From Candidatus Velthaea sp. (GTDB lineage: Bacteria > Vulcanimicrobiota > Vulcanimicrobiia > Vulcanimicrobiales > Vulcanimicrobiaceae), in contig CBDCCS010000011.1 of NCBI GenBank assembly GCA_965214935.1, forward strand, positions 1-64,000: a stretch of 64,000 nt of DNA, read 5' to 3'. The stretch's first letter is position 1. The number at the start of each line of letters is the position of its first letter. The notes under the pieces are model-generated. The model saw nothing but the letters and a program-made list of their open reading frames with translations. It was not told the DNA's origin and searched no databases. This document shows, piece after piece, positions 58,615 to 64,000 of this stretch. Position numbers and translations under genes: made by a program.

Positions 58615-59186
58615 AGCTGCTTCGCTCCGAACGTCTGTCCCTCGAACCGGTCGATCCGCGCAACGCACGCGAGCTTTGGCGCATTTTGGGCGCGCCCGAT
58701 CTGCGCCGGTTTCAAGATATTCCGCGCCTGCGCGCCGAGGAATTCGAGCGTCAAGTGCGTTCGCGTCCACGGCTGTTGCAACCCAACGTCACCGGCCGCT
58801 TTGAGTGGCTGCTACGCGCCGGTGAGCCGCCTGAGGCGATCGGCTGGGTCTCGTTGCGGGTCAACGAACGGGCGCCGGACGTCGGTGAAATCGGCTACAG
58901 CTTGATCGAAGCGGCGCGCGGCCGCGGATACGCCACCGAGGCCCTCGGCGCGGTCGTCGACGAGTCGTTCGGCAACAGCGATTTAGCGGAGTTGCAAGCT
59001 TGTTGCATGCCGGAAAATCGCGCGTCGCGAGCGGTGCTCGACCGCACCGGCTTCGCCGAAGTCCGGCTGTTGCGCGGCGGAGCGATGATTCGCGGCCGGC
59101 ACGTCGATGTCGTGCTGTATTCGTACCATCGCGCCGGTTGGACGCGCAGCCGCCAGAACGACGTGTTGCGCACCAAACACGCGTAG
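58611..59186 (+). CDS. GNAT acetyltransferase (RimJ/RimL type)
   Basis: SERLSL, GEIGY, RGRGYATEA, NRASRAVLDRTGF. Confidence 0.9.
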   Translation: MKLLRSERLSLEPVDPRNARELWRILGAPDLRRFQDIPRLRAEEFERQVRSRPRLLQPNVTGRFEWLLRAGEPPEAIGWVSLRVNERAPDVGEIGYSLIEAARGRGYATEALGAVVDESFGNSDLAELQACCMPENRASRAVLDRTGFAEVRLLRGGAMIRGRHVDVVLYSYHRAGWTRSRQNDVLRTKHA

Positions 59187-59669
59187 TCAATCGGCGAACT
59201 CGATGGTAATGCCGGCGTCGGTGTAGCCGAAGTAACGGCGATTGCGGTCGGCCAGATAACCGACGAGCGGATCGCGGACGACGCCGACGCTGAGGCGCGC
59301 GGACAGCGCGCCGATCGCGACCCACTCGCACGCTACGGCGTGTGCATCACCGGGCGGCACCTGCGGTTCCCCGGTCGCGTCGACGTGAAAGGCAAAATTT
59401 GTAAAGTGCGTCGAGGTCGTGCGATCGAATGATTCGGCGACGTACGCAAGATCGCGCACGAGTGCCACGAGCTGTGTTTCTTCGGCGAATTCACGCACGA
59501 CTGCAGCAGCGACCGTTTCGAGCACTTCTTGACGTCCGCCGGGCAGGTTCCAAAGCGGTTCGGCGAGACTCGGATACCGGCTGGCGACCAGGAGAATCCG
59601 GCCGGCCCGTTCCAGTATCCCGGTGCACAAATGGATGCGGCGCCACGTCATCGGCATCGCGTTCGACAT
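59187..59669 (-). CDS. NUDIX hydrolase
   Basis: Nudix box PGGRQEVLETVAAAVVREFAEET. Confidence 0.88.
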   Translation of the reverse strand: MSNAMPMTWRRIHLCTGILERAGRILLVASRYPSLAEPLWNLPGGRQEVLETVAAAVVREFAEETQLVALVRDLAYVAESFDRTTSTHFTNFAFHVDATGEPQVPPGDAHAVACEWVAIGALSARLSVGVVRDPLVGYLADRNRRYFGYTDAGITIEFAD

Positions 59670-59698
59670 GCGCAGGGGGCCGCCGCTGCGGCTTGCCG

Positions 59699-60478
59699 TC
59701 AGGAAGCGACGGCGATACCGACGGCGGCGGCGGCGTGCAGGTGTGCCGCGTCGACCTCGAAGCCGAGCAGGTCCAGAATGACGTCACGCAAGCCGGCGAC
59801 TTTCGCCGGAATGAACGGCGACTCGACCGCGCATTCACGCACGATTGCCGTGCACAGCGCTTCGAGCGCGTAGGCATTGAAGGCCGGGCTGCGTACGCTG
59901 ATGATGCGATCCGCATTGAGCCGTTCGATATAGCGCGCGAAGCCGGAGACCGATGAATCGAAGCGTTGCTGCCGTTCGAGGATAAGCGCCGCGTCGGCAT
60001 TCGAGGCAACGTGCCAGGCCCGGATGAGACCGCGTTGCGCTTGCGCGTCGGCGATCATTTGGGCCAGCCAGGCACCGATGCGTTCGCGCTCGACGGGCCC
60101 GTTCGTCGCGTTGGAAAACAGCTCTTCGCGCAACTTGTCGTGCGTAGCGCTATAGCGCAACATCGCTTCGCGCACGATGTGATTGACGTCTTTGAAATAG
60201 CGATAAAACGTGCCGTACGCCAAACCGGCGTGACTTGCGATGATGCCGGTCGTCAGCGCCGACAGATCGCGCATTTCCAAGAGCGCTTCGAGTGCGTTGA
60301 GCAGCCGCGTCCGCGAACTCGGCCGCGCTTGCCGCTCCGGTGAGAGCGTGCCTTCGCCTTCGACCCGGCCCAAGTACGTCCACTTACCGCGCACCCGGCG
60401 CGTTTCCGGGTCGCGATAACTTTCAACGCGGTATCGGTACGCGCGTCCGCCGACACGCTTAATAACTTCATACGCCAC
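59699..60478 (-). CDS. TetR-family regulator with an extra ~40-aa N-terminal beta-rich domain
   Basis: HTH RLLNALEALL...TTGIIASHAGLAYGTFYRYF preceded by YEVIKRVGGRAYRYRVESYRDPETRRVRGKWTYLGRV; GGAAGGGG RBS. Confidence 0.88.
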   Translation of the reverse strand: MAYEVIKRVGGRAYRYRVESYRDPETRRVRGKWTYLGRVEGEGTLSPERQARPSSRTRLLNALEALLEMRDLSALTTGIIASHAGLAYGTFYRYFKDVNHIVREAMLRYSATHDKLREELFSNATNGPVERERIGAWLAQMIADAQAQRGLIRAWHVASNADAALILERQQRFDSSVSGFARYIERLNADRIISVRSPAFNAYALEALCTAIVRECAVESPFIPAKVAGLRDVILDLLGFEVDAAHLHAAAAVGIAVAS

Positions 60479-60622
60479 GGGGGTCCCCTTCCATGGGAAC
60501 GGCTACCGGAGTTATAACGGCTAGCTCGTAAGCTTTCCTAGTTACCGTATCGTCAGTCGAGCGGCGTGACTTAACCGGTCAGGCGATTCAAGCGTGAATC
60601 CGCTCGACGTGCTTGGCGCGGG

Positions 60623-61264
60623 TTACAGCAGTCCGCGCCGCAGCGCATTGACTGCGGCCTGTGTCCGGTCGGCGGCGGAAAGCTTCTCGAGAATCTCGCG
60701 AATGTGGCCTTTTACCGTGCCTAACCCGAGGTGCAGCCGGTCGGCGATCTCCGCATTCCCGACTCCGTCGGCGATCAGGCGCAGAACGTCGAGTTCGCGC
60801 GGGGTGAGCGGCGAGCGCTCGGCCTGAACGGGAGAACGCGAACTCAAGCGCCGCAACACGACGTGCGCGATCTGCGGATCGAAATAGGCACCGCCGCCCG
60901 CGACGATCCGGACGGCATCGATGACCGTCGTCGCATCCGACGATTTCACGCAGTAAGCATCGGCACCGGCCGATAGTGCCGCCAGCACCTCATCGTCGAG
61001 ATCGTGCATCGTAAGAATCACGACGCGTACCCCGGGAGCCGCCGTCTTGATGCCGCTGGTCACCGCGATTCCGTCTTTGCCGGGTAAGCCGATGTCGATT
61101 ACCGCGACCGCCGGTAATTCGCGTATGACCGCGGCTTCGCCGCTGATGCCGTCGGCCGCTTCGGCTACGACGCGCATGTCGCCGCCGGCTTCGAGCGCGG
61201 TGCGCAAACCGGCGCGCGTGAGCGCATGATCTTCGATCAGAACGACGCTGATCGGTCCGTTCAT
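60623..61264 (-). CDS. NarL/LuxR-family response regulator
   Basis: IEDH, DIGLPGKDG, YCVK, LTPRELDVL...NAEIA...TVKGH. Confidence 0.95.
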   Translation of the reverse strand: MNGPISVVLIEDHALTRAGLRTALEAGGDMRVVAEAADGISGEAAVIRELPAVAVIDIGLPGKDGIAVTSGIKTAAPGVRVVILTMHDLDDEVLAALSAGADAYCVKSSDATTVIDAVRIVAGGGAYFDPQIAHVVLRRLSSRSPVQAERSPLTPRELDVLRLIADGVGNAEIADRLHLGLGTVKGHIREILEKLSAADRTQAAVNALRRGLL

Positions 61265-62823
61265 GCGTTGCTCGTGGCGGGCAGCGTAAGCAGAAAGATA
61301 CTGCCGCGGGGTTCGCGCGGCGCATAGGTGACGCTTCCGCCGAACTCTGCCGCGACGCGTTTGACGATATACAAGCCCAAACCCGAACCGGCTCCGCGCC
61401 GGCCGTCGCCGCGTGCAAAGCGCGTAAAGAGCGTCGGCCGGGCAGCTTCAGCGACGCCGAATCCGTCGTCGGCAACGCTGATCTGAACGACTTGCTCGAC
61501 CCGTTTGACATCGATGGCCACCGACGCACCGTCAAAGCCGTGCTGTAAGGCGTTGGCGGCTAAGTTCGTGAGCGCGCGACGGAGGTCGTCGCGGTCGCCG
61601 ATCGTGAAAACCGGCCGCGGCGCGTCGACGCTGATGCGCATGCCGTGCACGCTCGCAAGCGCATCGAGTTCGCCGGCGATTTGCACGGCGAGTTCGGCGA
61701 CGTCGACAATATCGCGCTCGGGCCGCCGGTCGCCGCTCTCGAAGCGCGCGACGAGCAGCAGCGTTTCGGCGAGCCGGCCGACGTCGTCGGTTGCCGTGAT
61801 GCTGCGCTCAAGAATCCCGACATACGCAGGAGGTAAGTCACCGTAAGCGCCGCTTTGCGCCTGCCGCATCGTCATTCCCAACGCCGCGAGCGGCGTGCGC
61901 AAATCATGCGACAGTGCATACACCAGATCGCGGATGACGGCGCCGCGCTCTTCAAGGGCTTCGTTGCGTTCGGCCAATTCGTTGAATAACCGGGCTTGCG
62001 CCAGCGCGCCGGCGGCGAGCTGTGCGTAGGCGCGCGCAAGTCCGATGACATCGGCGAAACTATGCTCGCCCCGGCCGAGCGCCAGGACCGCGCCGAAGCG
62101 CCGACGGCCGTCGACGATCGGCAGCACGAGTGCCGCTGGTGCTTCGAGGTGATCGAGTAACAGGCGGCCGAACGCGTCGGAGCGGCTGACCACGATCACA
62201 TCGCCGTCGTCCAGAGCCCGCTGCACGATCGAAGCCGCTTCGGGTGACGGCCGGCTCTCATCGAGGCCGACCTCATCGGCGCCACGGCGCGCCACGAGCG
62301 TCAAGCCGTTGGCCCGATCGCTCAAGACAAAGCGCGCACGATCGGCGTCCAGCAGTGTCGTCGTCTCGCGGGCGACCGCGCGCAAGACGAGATCGAGCGA
62401 CAGCGACGAGCGAACCCGTTCGATCGCTGCACTCAATAGCGTCTCGCGCTGCGTCCGAAGTTGCTGTGCTTCGAGGCGGCCTGCGCGTTGCGCGGTTTGT
62501 TGCACGGCGGTGCTCAAGTACCCGACGAAGACGATCGACAGACCGGCTAACACGCGATCGCCGATCGCGAGCGAATCCCAATGATGCAGGTCGCCCAAAC
62601 CATTGAAGTAACCGGCGGTGATGTTCGCGCTGAGCGCGGCTATGACGAGCCAGTAGGTGAAGCGGCTGCTGCGAGTGAGCGAACTTAAAACGATCGGCGC
62701 ATCGAGCAAGATCGCGGTGACGAAGAACTGCGGTGTAAGCAAATCGGTAATGAAAGCCGCAACGAGCGCGACGATGCACACCGTCGGGATCAGCGCAGAT
62801 CGCACCGATTCGCCTTCACGCAA
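61261..62823 (-). CDS. Sensor histidine kinase (about 4 TM, GAF, HisKA, HATPase)
   Basis: Hydrophobic N-terminus, GAF-like middle, SHDLRTPL, NLAANA, DDGFGV, GSGLGL; coupled to the regulator by ATGA. Confidence 0.92.
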   Translation of the reverse strand: MREGESVRSALIPTVCIVALVAAFITDLLTPQFFVTAILLDAPIVLSSLTRSSRFTYWLVIAALSANITAGYFNGLGDLHHWDSLAIGDRVLAGLSIVFVGYLSTAVQQTAQRAGRLEAQQLRTQRETLLSAAIERVRSSLSLDLVLRAVARETTTLLDADRARFVLSDRANGLTLVARRGADEVGLDESRPSPEAASIVQRALDDGDVIVVSRSDAFGRLLLDHLEAPAALVLPIVDGRRRFGAVLALGRGEHSFADVIGLARAYAQLAAGALAQARLFNELAERNEALEERGAVIRDLVYALSHDLRTPLAALGMTMRQAQSGAYGDLPPAYVGILERSITATDDVGRLAETLLLVARFESGDRRPERDIVDVAELAVQIAGELDALASVHGMRISVDAPRPVFTIGDRDDLRRALTNLAANALQHGFDGASVAIDVKRVEQVVQISVADDGFGVAEAARPTLFTRFARGDGRRGAGSGLGLYIVKRVAAEFGGSVTYAPREPRGSIFLLTLPATSNA

Positions 62824-62858
62824 TGCACGTGAGCGCCCTTCGGCGAACGACGCCGTGT

Positions 62859-64000
62859 ATGGATCGCGTCGACCGGCCTAGCGCCCAAGCGCTGCTGGCG
62901 GAGCTCGGCTACGAACCGCGGCTCACCATTTATCTCGCAAGCGCTCCGGGCGCCGGTAAAACCCACCGTATTTTGAGCGATGCGGCATTCCAAATGCAAG
63001 CCGGACGCCGAGTTGCAATCGGTTGGATCGAGACCAAGGGCCGGCCGGATCTCGATGAACTAGCCGCCGGCATTCCGCGCATCCCGCCGCGCTTATTTCG
63101 CGCCGGCGGCGCGACGTTCGAAGACTTCGATCTCGAAGCCGCCATTGCCGGCAATGCCGAAACGATCGTTCTCGACGAACTCGCGCATGCGAATCCCGAA
63201 GGTGCCCCGCATGCGAAACGCTGGCAAGACGCGCTGGCGCTGCGCGCCGCCGGGAAATCGGTCCTCGGCGCTTTCAACGTGCAGCACCTCGAAACGGTCG
63301 CGCCGGTCGCCGAACGCATCATCGGTCATCCGATCCGCGAAATCGTGCCGCTGTCGTTTCTGCGTGATGCCGACGGCGTGATCGCTCTGGACGTGTCGGT
63401 GACGGTGCTCGAGTCACGGTTGCGCAGCGGACGCATCGTGCGCATCGACGATGTCGATCGGGCGGCGATGGGCTTGTTCAAACCGCAGAATCTGCAATTG
63501 CTGCGCGAATTGCTGTTGCGCACGGTCGACGCATTGACGGTGCCGGTAATGAGTCCGGCCAAAACATCGACGGCGTTGGCGATCGTAACGGGCACCGGCG
63601 ACCCGCGGCCGTATCTGCGGCGTATCGGTGCGTTGGCCGAAGCACTCGATCTCGCGCTCGAAGTAACGGTGCTTGGCTGTGAGTCGAGCGCAGAAATCGT
63701 GGAAGCCGCGCGCGCCGTCGACGGCGTGCTCATCGCGGCTCCCGAGCAGCTGCTCAAAGGCGATCTGACCGACGTCCGCGCGGCGTTCGTCAGCGTGCCG
63801 AGCGGCGACCGCGCGAACAAGATTCTGGCGCGCCCGATCGACCGCGATCTCTATGTTATCGACCCGGCACGACTGCCGCTGACGCGCGGCGCCGACGGTG
63901 CGCGTCATCCGTACGGACAAAGCGCCGGCGACCGGCTGCGCATCGGCTATGGCCGCTTAACGATCTACTTAGGTTCCGTCGCCGGTAGCGGTAAGACGTT
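62859..64000 (+). CDS. KdpD N-terminal-domain protein, 3'-partial: KdpD domain, Usp-like domain, start of a second KdpD domain (absent from the ORF track because it has no stop in the window)
   Basis: Manual translation: RLTIYLASAPGAGKT, VLDELAHAN, KRWQD, NVQHLE, IREIVP, LRELLLR; at the window end the same frame reads GRLTIYLGSVAGSGKT. Confidence 0.9.
   Translation, partial: MDRVDRPSAQALLAELGYEPRLTIYLASAPGAGKTHRILSDAAFQMQAGRRVAIGWIETKGRPDLDELAAGIPRIPPRLFRAGGATFEDFDLEAAIAGNAETIVLDELAHANPEGAPHAKRWQDALALRAAGKSVLGAFNVQHLETVAPVAERIIGHPIREIVPLSFLRDADGVIALDVSVTVLESRLRSGRIVRIDDVDRAAMGLFKPQNLQLLRELLLRTVDALTVPVMSPAKTSTALAIVTGTGDPRPYLRRIGALAEALDLALEVTVLGCESSAEIVEAARAVDGVLIAAPEQLLKGDLTDVRAAFVSVPSGDRANKILARPIDRDLYVIDPARLPLTRGADGARHPYGQSAGDRLRIGYGRLTIYLGSVAGSGKT

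Noticed and set aside
60340..60478. IS element remnant at the TetR 5' end
   Set aside because: No catalytic transposase domain, terminal inverted repeats or target duplication. The segment is in frame with an intact regulator and is reported as a fusion instead.
1..64000. CRISPR arrays, rRNA, prophage or defence systems
   Set aside because: No regularly spaced repeats, rRNA-like sequence or phage/defence motifs were recognised by eye.

Overview
The window has two compositionally different blocks joined near position 14,510. The left block (1 to ~14,510) is very GC-rich and alphaproteobacterial-like by inference. It holds a 5'-partial DinG-type helicase and a minus-strand, translationally coupled L-rhamnose-type catabolic operon: sugar ABC transporter, FadR/GntR regulator, TIM-barrel epimerase, rhaM, SDR dehydrogenase and an rhmD-like dehydratase with a 1-bp frameshift. 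It ends with a family-5 ABC transporter whose ATPase is cut off at the junction. The right block (~14,510 to 64,000) is visibly lower in GC and has a Terrabacteria-style gene order; Eremiobacterota/Vulcanimicrobiota is an unverified guess. It carries a ~28 kb fla/che cluster (fliF to cheW) with several sigma-28-type promoters, an antisense CheB-CheR-PAS fusion gene inside it, a TPR glycosyltransferase and a two-hairpin RNA-like leader before flgE. Then come housekeeping genes (rlmD, gatCAB, mutS2, tyrS, hslO, HU, tRNA-Pro, RNase HI family) and an accessory/regulatory tail. The tail includes a TetR with a transposase-like N-terminus and an apparently split KdpD-like system: a tandem KdpD-domain protein divergent from a 4TM-GAF kinase and a NarL-type regulator. 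The best candidates for undescribed biology are the TIGR02530-protein/flgE-leader RNA pair and the split, duplicated KdpD module. All family assignments are from motif recognition by eye; no database searches were run.
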